A stretch of 64,000 nucleotides of DNA from a virus (lineage: Duplodnaviria; Caudoviricetes): IMG/VR virus record IMGVR_UViG_3300031993_000016; one strand, 5' to 3'. The translations under genes and the position numbers were made by a program. Shown here piece after piece: positions 29,420-40,615 of the stretch (the first letter of the stretch is position 1; the number at the start of each line of letters is the position of its first letter). Under the pieces are notes generated by a model. It saw only the letters and a list, made by a program, of their open reading frames with translations. It did no database searches and had not been told where the DNA came from.

Positions 29420-30043
29420 TTACCTCAAATCTAAATTTTGACGTCGAAGTGCGGTGTTGACCCACGTTACAATTCGCTCATCTAAACTATCACGAATCTC
29501 TGCAAGAGCTTCTTCATAATAACGATGCATAATATACTCTGGTACATATATTGATACATCAGGATAACTGCGTTGAATATCAGATCTTCGATATGTATAT
29601 TTCTGCTCATTTTGTCGGATGAAATTTCGATGCAGGTCATCACCATAATCATTCAATTCATGGTCAGACACCCTTATGTGTATAAAACAGTAGATATCAC
29701 CTAGATTACTTAAATCGATATTAGTACGACCTCTTCGATGTAACGCATCCATGCTATTCTTTAAATTATAATAAGTATCAAAGTATATCGATGTACTATC
29801 TTGCCTATTAGATGTATAGCCTTTTTGTTTTACACCGTCATATGTATCTTCAATGACCTCAAATCCGTAATCATCTTCTAACATAGATAATATGTCTTGT
29901 TTAAATATATCAATTCCAGGAAATCTGGACGCAGTTGTTGCTACAATATATTTAGATATTGGAATATTAATATCAATAATTAATATATCATCAAATACTA
30001 TAGTATTATTCACATATGATGATGTTGTTACATATCGTTTCAT
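29420..30043 (-). CDS. R(I/V)S(N/D)H-motif family protein with MKRYVTTS leader
   Basis: STSIYF...FIHIRVSDH; similar to 30815..31375 and 40616..41185. Confidence 0.7.
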   Translation of the reverse strand: MKRYVTTSSYVNNTIVFDDILIIDINIPISKYIVATTASRFPGIDIFKQDILSMLEDDYGFEVIEDTYDGVKQKGYTSNRQDSTSIYFDTYYNLKNSMDALHRRGRTNIDLSNLGDIYCFIHIRVSDHELNDYGDDLHRNFIRQNEQKYTYRRSDIQRSYPDVSIYVPEYIMHRYYEEALAEIRDSLDERIVTWVNTALRRQNLDLR

Positions 30044-30072
30044 AGTTGTACCTCTTGTTAATATTTAAGGTT

Positions 30073-30339
30073 CTAACCATCAACTTGAGTTAATATTAGC
30101 TGTAATTCTTCCTTTGCAAGTGTCAACAGAAACAAGTCGCCTAAGTATAATGATATCTTATCACCATTTACAACAAATGAAAAATCTTCTTGATATGGTG
30201 GAAGATCTTCATCACATTCTGTAAGTAGATCACCAAACATGCTTACAGCACCTTCTTTGCAGAATATTGTACCTGAAGCATCTGCTACAATAGCGTAACC
30301 ATATTCCGATACAAGTTCTGATGTAATCAATTTATCCAT
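30073..30339 (-). CDS. Hypothetical protein
   Basis: ORF with RBS and AACCTT motif upstream. Confidence 0.65.
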   Translation of the reverse strand: MDKLITSELVSEYGYAIVADASGTIFCKEGAVSMFGDLLTECDEDLPPYQEDFSFVVNGDKISLYLGDLFLLTLAKEELQLILTQVDG

Positions 30340-30383
30340 TGAGAGTTCACCTCCTATAGAGATTATAGAAGGTTCGTTGTCAG

Positions 30384-30707
30384 CTATCTGGCTAGATAAT
30401 CTCGTATTTCAAGGATAGTAGGCCATCGCTTGTCCCATTCACACCATAAGAATTCTCTGTAGTAATCTGCATCAGATTTTGGATCACGCATATTATTTTC
30501 AGTTGCTGTAGCGTAGTATACAACCCTACCATCGAAATCTCGTACATATATATCAAGTTCTGCTTGAAATCCATTCTTTATACAGGCAGGTGTATAAGTA
30601 TAATGATGGAATTCATATGCAGATGTTCCATGGTCAATAGAAACTTTGCCCTTTCGAGTCATTATATCTAATCGAGCTTTTAAGCTTTCTGGTGTTCTTA
30701 GTCTCAT
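30384..30707 (-). CDS. Hypothetical protein
   Basis: ORF with RBS. Confidence 0.7.
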   Translation of the reverse strand: MRLRTPESLKARLDIMTRKGKVSIDHGTSAYEFHHYTYTPACIKNGFQAELDIYVRDFDGRVVYYATATENNMRDPKSDADYYREFLWCEWDKRWPTILEIRDYLAR

Positions 30708-30733
30708 ATAGTTACCTCCCTATTTAAAATAAA

Positions 30734-30779
30734 TGACCTTTTCATCTACTATTAACGAAATTAGTAGACGAAAAGGTCA
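30734..30779 (-). repeat. 18-bp-arm hairpin with the TCGTTA motif in its loop (copy 1)
   Basis: TGACCTTTTCGTCTACTA / TAGTAGATGAAAAGGTCA. Confidence 0.8.
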
Positions 30780-30814
30780 AATACATGTATGCAGTAAGGA
30801 TTTATAAATGTATG

Positions 30815-31375
30815 CTAATGTTTACGACGAGTCATTATATCTACTACTCGTTCGATAATAGCATCTACTTTCATGTATGCTTCTTCATAAGAGTCTACTT
30901 CTTCAGCATTGACAGTGATTATCTTTGTAATAGGGCGAGGTTTTTTACCTTGAGTAATCTGATTCAATGCGGCTTGTCGTTCTTTCTTGTGCTTTTGAGA
31001 ATTTTCACTTCTATGCGGTTCATGATTAGATATTCGTAAACTAAAATCAAAATCAAGAACAACATTCCCTTCACAGTCCTTTGCAAGCATACCAAAGTAA
31101 CAAGAATGATATGGTGATACATTTTTATAGTAGATTTCAAGATCATAATACTCTGTGCATAGATCTTCTACAGATTCAAGAAAGGCATCAAAATCAGCAA
31201 TTGCTTGAGAATCTAAGATTGCATCGGGTATGCCAGTAATAACAGGCCCATCTGGTATTGAAAATCCTTTATACTCTGCAGCTGCGACAGGTACTGGATC
31301 ATAATATTCTATTTCTACTACAATATCAATATGTACAGGTAATATAGAATCTGAAGTTTTTATATAAGTTTTCAT
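30815..31375 (-). CDS. RISNH-motif family protein with MKTYIKTS leader
   Basis: HSCYF...FSLRISNH. Confidence 0.7.
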   Translation of the reverse strand: MKTYIKTSDSILPVHIDIVVEIEYYDPVPVAAAEYKGFSIPDGPVITGIPDAILDSQAIADFDAFLESVEDLCTEYYDLEIYYKNVSPYHSCYFGMLAKDCEGNVVLDFDFSLRISNHEPHRSENSQKHKKERQAALNQITQGKKPRPITKIITVNAEEVDSYEEAYMKVDAIIERVVDIMTRRKH

Positions 31376-31398
31376 AATAACCTCCAAGTATAAAATGT

Positions 31399-31447
31399 AT
31401 TGACCTCTTCACCTACTATAACGAATCTAGTAGACAAAGAGGTCAAT
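31399..31447 (-). repeat. 20-bp-arm hairpin with the TCGTTA motif in its loop (copy 2)
   Basis: ATTGACCTCTTTGTCTACTA / TAGTAGGTGAAGAGGTCAAT with three G-U pairs. Confidence 0.8.
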
Positions 31448-31487
31448 GTTTAGAAGAAGATGTATTTGAAAGACGTTGTTCTTGTAG

Positions 31488-31739
31488 TTACTTCAGATCT
31501 ATTTTGATAGCCCTATACAGTTCTTGTAATATTTCAACAGCACTTGATAGATTCTCCAACTCATCATGAGAAATGTAATCAGGTAATTGATATTCATATT
31601 CCGCTCTATGAAATGAATCCATATAAGATAACAAATCTTCTAAAGAATTAGCAACTTGTTGACTACGTCTGCATATCTGCATTAATTCTTGTTTACCTTC
31701 AGATTGTATTGAACTAGCTGATGTAATTGCTATTTTCAT
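31488..31739 (-). CDS. Small helical protein with MKIAITSA leader
   Basis: ORF with RBS. Confidence 0.7.
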   Translation of the reverse strand: MKIAITSASSIQSEGKQELMQICRRSQQVANSLEDLLSYMDSFHRAEYEYQLPDYISHDELENLSSAVEILQELYRAIKIDLK

Positions 31740-31760
31740 AGTAATATACCTCCTAATGTA

Positions 31761-32429
31761 TTATATCCATGGTGAAAATTCATCATTGAAATCATTGAAC
31801 AGTTCACGCAATCCATATAGGTAGTTAAGATCAACACCTGGAAGCTTCTTGAGTTCTGCATAAAGCTGTTCTGGTGTCAGGTTTATATCATTCATTTCGC
31901 CTGCATCAAGATCCTCAGTACACCAGAATTTTCCATCATATCTGTAAGTATCTTCATCATACTGGCTTTCATCCCAGATACCTAATTTCCAAACACCTTT
32001 TGAATCTTGCCAGAAGTTTGCTGTACCATCATCAAAGAATACATGAGCAGCTATGCCTTCATCCTCATAGTACTCTGGATAAGTTTCTGCTACATCAATA
32101 TACATTGCAGTAGCAGTATCTGGCGGAAGTATCTCTACAACATCTCTTTCACCATATCTACTATTTAATGCGGTTGCAGATTCAACTTCATCATAGTCAT
32201 CCAGCACCTCATTGAGTGTACGCTGACCCATTCGATGGTATCTACCACGATTAGTTTTGGATCCATTATAATTTTTCACTTCACCTTCCGGTGTATCCCA
32301 TTTCATATATTGACGAGCAACAGTATGTCCATCATCATACTTTTTCATTTCAATGAATTTATTCGGATTACGCTTATTCTGATAAGTTTTATCGGGAGCA
32401 ACTGCATTACTCTTGATATACTTTTTCAT
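31761..32429 (-). CDS. Two-domain protein with MKKYIKSN leader
   Basis: Basic N-domain and acidic C-domain joined at VESATALNS. Confidence 0.75.
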   Translation of the reverse strand: MKKYIKSNAVAPDKTYQNKRNPNKFIEMKKYDDGHTVARQYMKWDTPEGEVKNYNGSKTNRGRYHRMGQRTLNEVLDDYDEVESATALNSRYGERDVVEILPPDTATAMYIDVAETYPEYYEDEGIAAHVFFDDGTANFWQDSKGVWKLGIWDESQYDEDTYRYDGKFWCTEDLDAGEMNDINLTPEQLYAELKKLPGVDLNYLYGLRELFNDFNDEFSPWI

Positions 32430-32475
32430 GTATATACCTCCTATATGTAGTATTGAGTTCTACTAATATAGAAGG

Positions 32476-35400
32476 TTATTTCAAATCGATGAAATTTTTT
32501 AAATAAGATAGGAACCAGCTAGTTCTTTTTAATACGTTGTATTTGAGTGCTTGTGAGTAATCACCAGCTTCAACTACAGCAGTTATCTGCTCTAAAACTG
32601 TACCATAGTCAAGTCCCACATCAGCAATTATCATATTGAGCATACTATCTAATGTTTCTTTATCCTTTGCTATCATATTTGGGCCATATTTATTTCTTAT
32701 CATGATATTAACTCCTTGACTTACTATGAAATTACAAGGTCTAATTTAGCGCTCCCACCATTCCTCAACTTCGCCGTCAAGCCAATAAGTGTGATGGCAC
32801 ATCCAACCTCTGCTGTCAATCACAGCTACATCTACGTTATCTTCAACCGCAGCTACAAGAATATCATTCCCGTTTCCATCGTTACCTGACAAAGGAAACT
32901 TATCATTCTTGTGTGTTGCAATATAGGACTTCAAGTAAGAACGATTTCTGAAATCCAAGTCTATCGATTTTGATTCTACATACATGTTATTATCCTCCTA
33001 GATTTTTGATATGTGTAATATAACGAATTTCGGCTATCACAACGTGTAATCAGAATTCATGTATTATTTCATTGAACTTATCTCCATTGCATTGCATCTG
33101 AATTGGTAACCCGATTCGGATGTTTTCCAGCTGTCTCATTATGCTTCCGACACTTTCTATATGCTGTAGCGTAATGCTGAAGTAGTTCACAGTAGTCTAG
33201 AATTGCATTGCCATACGCATCAGATGCACAGCTCACGTTTTCCATGATATCTACGATCTCATCCTCATCAAAGTTATCTGATACAAGTATGACATACAAA
33301 TCAACATCACGCTCGCATGCATCATACAAGCCTTCTTCTGTATATAGGCCTTTATGCCATTTAGCTACAGCTCGAAGTAACTTGTGCTTTTTAAGATAAT
33401 CAGCATAATCAAAGTTCTTATATGCATTGTAGAGATCTTTTAAATCATTGTAATCATTTCTATCTTCAACATGCACCGTAACAACTCCAGAATCTGCATG
33501 ATAATTTCGCATTTCATCATCTAGTAAGATTAGAAATCTATCTATCATATTCTTTTCAGATTTATTATGAGTTATGATAGCTGATCTATGATTAACATCC
33601 TTTGAATCTCCTTTATACTTTATATTCATGCAGATTCTTCCTCCTTTTCATTTTTGATCTTTTCTATTTCTTTGATTAATTTCTTGCGAAATGCATCAAA
33701 TGTCATTGGTACGAATGTACCTTTGGTGTTTTCATATCCCATATATGATTTATCTCCATAATCTCTATAGAAAACCGGATCATAATTATGTTCATAACAC
33801 CAACCATTGAATACCTCTTCACCAATATTTATGTCAGCATTGTCAGGTGAATATATGTATGCCTGATATCTTATAATATCTCGCCAACTGATATCATGAA
33901 AATAATCATCTGCAAACTTATCATCATCAAATAGATAATATTTATAGCCATCTGGTACCTTATCCATCGGCACATTGTCAGCTACATATCTAGTGATTTT
34001 ACCGCCACAACTAGGGCAGTATCTTGTAGGTCTGCTCTGAAATTTGAATCTAACACCGCAGTCACAAGTCACAGTAAACTGATCTTTAAATAACCCGTCA
34101 TAGTGTATTGTAACATTTTCTCTATCCATATACCTGACCCCCTATCTTGTTTGTATCAATGTATTAATCTAGTCGACGTATTGTTGTTTTCTCATGCATC
34201 AAAGTGAATTTATAATTATCATCATAGTTTGATTCTAACAATTGTTTGATTTTTGTGTATTCTGTTATTGCAGATTCTTCTGAATTTACTACATCATCAG
34301 AAAACCTAATAGTTGCAAACACGGCGTAATCGATATCATCACTAAGATGTGGGCAGATTTCTTGTTTCTTCATAACTGTAATATAGTAACTTATGATTCA
34401 CATCCCCTATTAGTATTAAAATGATGTTATGACGTGTTTTCCACCAACTTCACACCAGATTACATTACTGTTGTTAATTGTCTCAAGCCGCTTAGTAAGC
34501 TTATTTTTTAGATCATTGCGAAAATCATCCATCAACTGCTGTGCCGTAGACGCATCTGATGTGTAATATACATAGATTTCATCACCGATTTCTAGGAGTC
34601 TATTTTGTTGACCTATAGTAACTCGTGGTGTCGATGTACTTCGACTTGTAAATAGTGGAAAAGGTACGCCAACAGTACCGTCTAACAGCATAGTTGCTTC
34701 ATACATATTCACCTTGTATTTACCTTTATTTACATCTATGAATCCTGCATACAGTATCATATTAATCACCCCCCCCCTTTTTTTTTATACTATCTGTTCA
34801 CTCAGCACTCGTATATGCTGATTTCATATGTATTTTTGGTTATATTGACAAAGCCTGCGTACATTTTCATATTCTGTATCTCCTTGCATTAATTTCTAAT
34901 ATTTATATCAACTTCGTATACAATCATTTAACTGGAGTTCTTCAACCCATAGCCCATATTGTCGATCCATATCATGTATATCATGATAAAATGTAGGTTT
35001 AAATGTAGGATCAGCATACATCACCCGAACTTGAAATGCGTTCCACTTTCTACGTAATGCCTCTTCAGCCTGAGCTTTTGTAGAACCTGTAGCCATCCAG
35101 TTAAAATGTTCGCTCCGCATGAATATTACAAACATATAACTACCTCCTACACAATACTTGCAAGTAACTTGCGAACTTTATCTTTGTCTACTGATTCCTG
35201 TGCTATACTATCTGAATACTGTTTATTTAATTTAGCTACTGCATCTCGACATGCATGCCAAGCATCATCCCAATCGGCTCCTACTGGTTCTTCTAAATCA
35301 GCTAGATCCCAAGATAAACTAGAAAGTACAATCACAATAGCTGTAAGCATTTCATCAGTATTAAATGTAATATCATCTTCCATAACTAACACCTCCTATG

Positions 35401-35668
35401 TGTACGTGCTATAACGAGTTTATGTTTAATTCAAGTCGAAGTATGTAATGTTGTCTATCAACGTACCGTCGGACAATTCAACATCTATGAACACTTCTAC
35501 ACCTTCTCGCATACCAAAATCTATGAAATGTTCTCGCACAATACGGCATCGTGTACCAGCTAAGTAAGTACGACCATATTTGGTGATATCACGCTTAAGT
35601 GTACGATTATATCTTTCATCACCCTGTATAATTAAATCATCATACATTTGACTCCACATAACTAACAC
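32476..35668 (-). other. Cluster of small hypothetical genes (32476..32703, 32746..32985, 33078..33629, 33626..34129 Zn ribbon, 34164..34373, 34416..34769, 34908..35135, 35147..35392, 35426..35668)
   Basis: Co-oriented ORFs, most with RBS; no recognisable families. Confidence 0.6.
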
Positions 35669-35758
35669 CTCCTGTTTATTTTATCACATATAACGAATTT
35701 TACATAAAAAGAGGTGCATTTCTGCACCTCTGCAATAACACTTATTCAGTTGTAGAAA

Positions 35759-37576
35759 CTATACACGGAATTCATCAGGTCTATCTATCACTACAACATA
35801 TTCAGAAGACTTTCTAAAATGCGATTTCGACTTCAATTCTTCTACCACATTATCTTTATACTTCTCAGTTTTATCTACAACAAATACATATCGCTTACAC
35901 TTATAATGCTCTAATACAATATCAATCCATTCGTCACAAGTGTGAAATTCAGTTTCATTGTTATAGATTTCTTTTTTGTTATATGGTGGGCAGGTAAGTA
36001 GGCACGAGTATTCATAGTAGCTATCTAAAATGTTTTCAACAGTGACAGAAGCATTTGTTAAGCTGAAAAATTTTAATATCTCATGACTTTCAGATACTGC
36101 AGTTGAATTTAAATCTCGGCCTACATATTGTTTACCTGTAGAGCATACACCTAACAACCGTCCAGAAAATCCGGAAAACGGATCACAGATACAATCAAAA
36201 TCATTTAAGTATTTCAATGTTAAGTATTTAGCTAATATAGGATTAAACACAGACACTTTAGGTGCAATCTTAGATATGTTGAAACCGCTAAGTACTTTAG
36301 ATGGATCAACATCATTTTGATATATTAATCGGTTAGCTATACACTTCTTAAGCAATTCATCAGATTGCCATGCTTCATATGGAGATACATGACCATCGAC
36401 TTTACAGTGATAAATTGACGGATGAAACTTACGAATAACCGATATCCCCAGTTTGCAATACGGATTGTAAGATGTTGATGTATAGTCACACAGATGTGCA
36501 TAATCATAATAGAGTCGATCATCTGTGTAATTAGGGTACGGAAATTCAACAGACCTACACCAACTAAATATATGAGAATCATAATCAAATAAGTTATTAT
36601 CTATTTGCTTCAACATGTAAATCAAGTTAGATAATCCAGATTCAAAATCAGATTCTATTAACAACACAAATATATGATCATCTGGCACAAGTGAAACGCG
36701 AACATCATCATAATCATCTCGAACCTTCTCGCCACCAGGATCACTTATGTAAGAATGCCAATATATTCCATCACAGTCTATGAGCATCTTATATTTTGGT
36801 AAATACACATCAAATTCGTGCGAGCATGTACCATCGGTTAGCACATGATGCTCAACACAGTCAATGTTGAACTCTTGTAATATTGAATGTAATCGAGATT
36901 CCAGTTTGCTTAAGTTTTTAGAATTCCGTGATTGTTTAGCACGAAGCTCAGGGCACTGCATAGCATAAGGATAACCTGTGCGACTTATATTAGTTTGCAT
37001 AGTTTGCGCAATACATGCTGAACTTGTAACTGTATCGCGTATCTTGTCTCGTACTTCTGGTACCTGAGCAATATTAGTATATTTCGTCCCGTATTTCATT
37101 TGGATTGTTTTTATTTTAGCTGGTTCATTAGATATCGCTTTATCATGCAATAGCTGTCGAACAGAACTAGCTTGTGAAGCAACTTTAACACCATATTTTG
37201 CTAAACAGGTTTGTTCTCGGAGCTTATTTGAACATGCTTGAGAACAACATCTAATAGGGTCATATTCTAATTTTATTTCAACAGGAGTGCCGCATATAGG
37301 ACACGGATTAAAATGTTTATTGTCACAATAGCGTTGCATGCTACTTCTAGGTGCAAATAATTTACCGCATAGTTCACATTTCTTTAAAGTTTTAGCAATA
37401 GTTTGTTTACGAAGCTGTGCTGCACATTTTTTAGAACAGCATTGTTTAGGATGTTTATAATTCCATATGAAGCTAGATTGACATACAATACATCTTCGAT
37501 AATGAACATTGTTGCAATAAGCAGCAGTACCAACTCCTTCAAATGGTTGACCGCATTCTTTACAATATTTTATCAC
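35759..37576 (-). CDS. Zn-finger + Vsr/DUF559-like endonuclease + amino-DNA-methyltransferase-like fusion
   Basis: CxxC repeats; EFDVYLP...IDCDGIYWH; motif I DPFSGFSGRLLG...GRDLN; motif IV-like TCPPY. Confidence 0.75.
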   Translation of the reverse strand: MIKYCKECGQPFEGVGTAAYCNNVHYRRCIVCQSSFIWNYKHPKQCCSKKCAAQLRKQTIAKTLKKCELCGKLFAPRSSMQRYCDNKHFNPCPICGTPVEIKLEYDPIRCCSQACSNKLREQTCLAKYGVKVASQASSVRQLLHDKAISNEPAKIKTIQMKYGTKYTNIAQVPEVRDKIRDTVTSSACIAQTMQTNISRTGYPYAMQCPELRAKQSRNSKNLSKLESRLHSILQEFNIDCVEHHVLTDGTCSHEFDVYLPKYKMLIDCDGIYWHSYISDPGGEKVRDDYDDVRVSLVPDDHIFVLLIESDFESGLSNLIYMLKQIDNNLFDYDSHIFSWCRSVEFPYPNYTDDRLYYDYAHLCDYTSTSYNPYCKLGISVIRKFHPSIYHCKVDGHVSPYEAWQSDELLKKCIANRLIYQNDVDPSKVLSGFNISKIAPKVSVFNPILAKYLTLKYLNDFDCICDPFSGFSGRLLGVCSTGKQYVGRDLNSTAVSESHEILKFFSLTNASVTVENILDSYYEYSCLLTCPPYNKKEIYNNETEFHTCDEWIDIVLEHYKCKRYVFVVDKTEKYKDNVVEELKSKSHFRKSSEYVVVIDRPDEFRV

Positions 37577-37707
37577 TATAAATACCTCCTAACTAGACAC
37601 AAAATTATGTCACTAACTTTACATATATTTAACGATTTTATAGAAAAATGTCGACCACAATTGACTGCGGTCGACATATAATGAATCAACAACTTACTTT
37701 AAGAATT

Positions 37708-38936
37708 TTAGACTCTGAATTCATCTGGTCGCATGTAAATCGCTCTTGAAATTACAAGTGTTGTCTGGACTTTTACAAGGCCGCCTTCCTGATTCATGGT
37801 ACCGTTACTAAGACCTTGAATCCAGACACCTGGACACTTTATTACATCTCTTGCATTACCTTGACCATCATATTTGATAAAATACGCCTGCCTCATGTAC
37901 TCAGACGGCAGACCCATTTTTTCTGTCACCGGATTGTATACCTGCTTGCGCCATGCACGTAAACTCTCAAGAACGTTTGGCTCACAATAGCAGTTAAGTG
38001 TCCAATCAACATCTGCAAATGAAACTTTTCCAGGGAACTTGATGATTCCATTTCCATAATGTACTGTGATTGAGTCTTGGTCTTCTTTGATCTCACCTAC
38101 TTCGTCTGTTGAGAGTGTAAGTAGGTCACTGAATTCTGTTGGGGAACTTCCGTCCATATTGTATCTAATATCTTCAAATAGATTCGTGACATCTATCCGG
38201 CCTGTTACGGCTCCTCTTATTTTCATAAGATGTAGAGACTATATCATCACCTCATGTTGTTATGGGGGCTCGGCGCTACCACACGATTTTGTGGACTATA
38301 GTCGTTGAACCTTCCTCAGATCTTAAGGCTTGGCTGCTGATTGTCTAATCCAACTACTTTTTAAGCATTCACATCTATCTTTCTAGATTATGTTGTAGCA
38401 AGTTGGCTCTAAAGATTTTCCAGCAATTCACCGAGTTATTCGAAACATATTACTATGTTAAGGGACTAGATAAGTTAATCCTGATCTCGAAGTTATTTTG
38501 TGTCAATGGGACGAAGTTGTCGATACCTAACCAAGTTTGTTACGATGGCTCGCTACACCATCTCTCTTGCTTTCACAAGACGTTCAGACTATATTATCAT
38601 CTTAATATTAAGATGCTCACCCCTTCGAAGACGCTTGTCCTCTACTCCTTTCGGATAGTCGTTGAACCTTCCCTTACAGGCTTGGCTGCTGATTGCCTAT
38701 TGTATACGTGTTTAGGATTTAACCTTGCACTATCTAGATAAATTTTTTCTACTTTCGTCACCATCACGTTTACATCTAAATTAGATATTGCGTTGTGGTT
38801 TATCTAGCTTTAAGGTGTTCCAGCAATTCGATGAGTCTTTTATCATACAGATTTCTCTATACGCATACCTTAGATCACTTTAGCACTTTAAAGTGTTAAA
38901 AATATGGTTTGTGCCCATATAAAGTGGACTAAACAT
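37708..38936 (-). CDS. Tail tube protein (T4 gp19-like), spliced: join(38902..38936, 38478..38531, 37708..38164), 181 aa
   Basis: Spliced MFSPLYMGTNHMLGIDNFVPLTQNNFEIRIYNMDGSSP...YGNGIIKFPGKVSF...W; AGGAGG RBS before 38936; exons total 546 nt, in frame. Confidence 0.85.
38165..38477 (-). mobile_element. Group I intron 2 (IA-type, 313 nt, no ORF)
   Basis: Exon ends in U, intron ends in G; P GAATTGCTGGAA 38418-29; Q AATCAGCAGCC 38332-42; R GGTTCAACGACTA 38299-311; S GATATAGTC ~38237-45; P1 GGAU/GUCC. Confidence 0.9.
38532..38901 (-). mobile_element. Group I intron 1 (IA-type, 370 nt, no ORF)
   Basis: Exon ends in U, intron ends in G; P 38818-29; Q 38684-94; R 38656-68; S AATATAGTC 38587-95; P1 CAUAU/GUAUG. 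Confidence 0.9.
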
Positions 38937-39049
38937 ATTTTTTACCTCCTTGTGTATGTTTTATTTATACAAACATATATAAGGATGATGATAAAAATTT
39001 AATTTTGCATCGGTCATATATTTATTTACAAAGAAAAATTAAATATCAC

Positions 39050-39078
39050 TTGACAGTTTTAGAAAACAGCCATATAAT
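39050..39078 (+). promoter_or_regulatory. Perfect sigma-A/sigma-70 promoter
   Basis: TTGACA-17 nt-TATAAT, then GGAGG and ATG at 39104. Confidence 0.85.
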
Positions 39079-39103
39079 TATTATAGAGAGGAGGTGTAGT
39101 TAC

Positions 39104-40509
39104 ATGAAGTTTTGCACAAATTGCGGCGCACAGCTACCTGAATCAAATCGTCAGGACGATGTCGATCGTGTGCACAGAAAGCAGCAGTATCTAAACGAGA
39201 AGCTACATGTTTAGCACGATATGGTGCTAGAAATGTGATGCATATTGATAGGTTTGTTAAGAAAATCCAGCATACATTCTTAGAACGATACAATACAAAA
39301 TGTGCTATGGATGTACCTGAATTCAAACAAAAACAAGAAGATACTATGATAAAACTATATGATGTAAAATCGTATGTGCTTACAGATGAATATATGCAAA
39401 ATGCACATTTTAGAGAATCTAATACGCAGAAAGCTATAGCATCTAAATTGAATCAGATAAATATTCAAACAGGGTCAGAACTTTTGCTAGATGATAAAAA
39501 ATTTGATATCCCTATCTTAGGCACAAACATATTACTGGAAATAGATCCGTCGTACACGCATAACATAATCGGGAATCACTGGAATAAGAAAGGGTTAGAG
39601 GAAACCTATCATCTAAATAAAACAGCAATTGCAGCATCGCATGGCTATCACTGTTTACACGTATTTGATTGGGATAACATAGACGAAATAACTAGTAGAT
39701 TATGCATAACACAGAAAATAGCAGCAAGAAAATGTAAGGTGATCTTCCACAATGAACCAACTCCTACAGTCAATTTAATATATGAAGATAAAGTCATTCT
39801 ATCTGTACAAGCTCAGTTATCAAATATAGCAGCATACGAATATGAATTAACAATGATGTTTAAACCAAACATACAAGTGGTTGGTGGTGTAAGTCGAGCT
39901 ATCAAGCATATCATGCAACATCTACACACAAATAAAATATTTATAAAGTGTGATTTGTCAAAATTTTCTGGTGAATGCTATGAGAAAGCTGGTATGAAAG
40001 CAGTTGCAATAATACCTCCACAAGAACATTGGTCTAAGAGCATGTATGAAATGCAAATAGATGATAAAATAAATGCTGAAAAACTAATACAAGATCATTG
40101 GTTACCGGTTTACGACTGCGGATATGTAATATATAGTTATGTTGATGGTTATCCTACACAAACATCTCAACCTTCATTAAAAGAATACTATCAAACTATT
40201 GCGAACAGCATATCTAAATCAAAAGAAAGATTATGTGACTTTTGTCATCAGCCATTTATACCAGCATCTAACAGACAACGATACTGTAAACGTGTGCATA
40301 AGAGAATATGCCCTGTATGCGGAAAAGAATATGTAGAAGATAATGTTGAAAATTTGAAACGACCTCCAGTTGCGTGTTCATATGCATGCAGGGTGAAGAA
40401 AACTCAATCCACTAGTCTTGAACGATATGGATGCACCGCACCTGGTAATTCTACGCAAGCCAGAGAAAAAGCTAGAGAAACACGGCGAAACAAGCACATC
40501 TACAACTAG
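39104..40509 (+). pseudogene. Zn-finger/Vsr-like nuclease/GNAT-like family gene with a 1-nt frameshift near 39150
   Basis: MKFCTNCG...NR continues as SGRCRSCAQK...RYG in the -1 frame into ORF 39235..40509; LEIDPSYTH; WLPVYDCG; Zn fingers also at the C-terminus. Confidence 0.7.
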
Positions 40510-40532
40510 TCTATGTGATATAACACAAAATC

Positions 40533-40571
40533 ACCTCATATGTAGTCTTGTTATAAGATTACATATGAGGT
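40533..40571. terminator. Bidirectional terminator hairpin between convergent genes
   Basis: ACCTCATATGTAGTCTTG / TAAGATTACATATGAGGT. Confidence 0.7.
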
Positions 40572-40615
40572 AATATGTTAATGTTATGTGTTATATTTAT
40601 TTACGATGAGTTTTG

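Noticed and set aside
34769-34786. C9-T9 homopolymer as a phase-variation switch
   Set aside because: Overlaps an RBS/start region and may be a sequencing artefact; cannot be judged without reads
37708-38226. ORF-track N-terminus MKIRGAVTG... for the tube protein
   Set aside because: 38165-38226 is the 3' end of intron 2 and has no RBS; the real start is 38936
38403-38741. 112-aa plus-strand ORF as an intron-encoded endonuclease
   Set aside because: Antisense to the intron cores and exon 2; no nuclease motif
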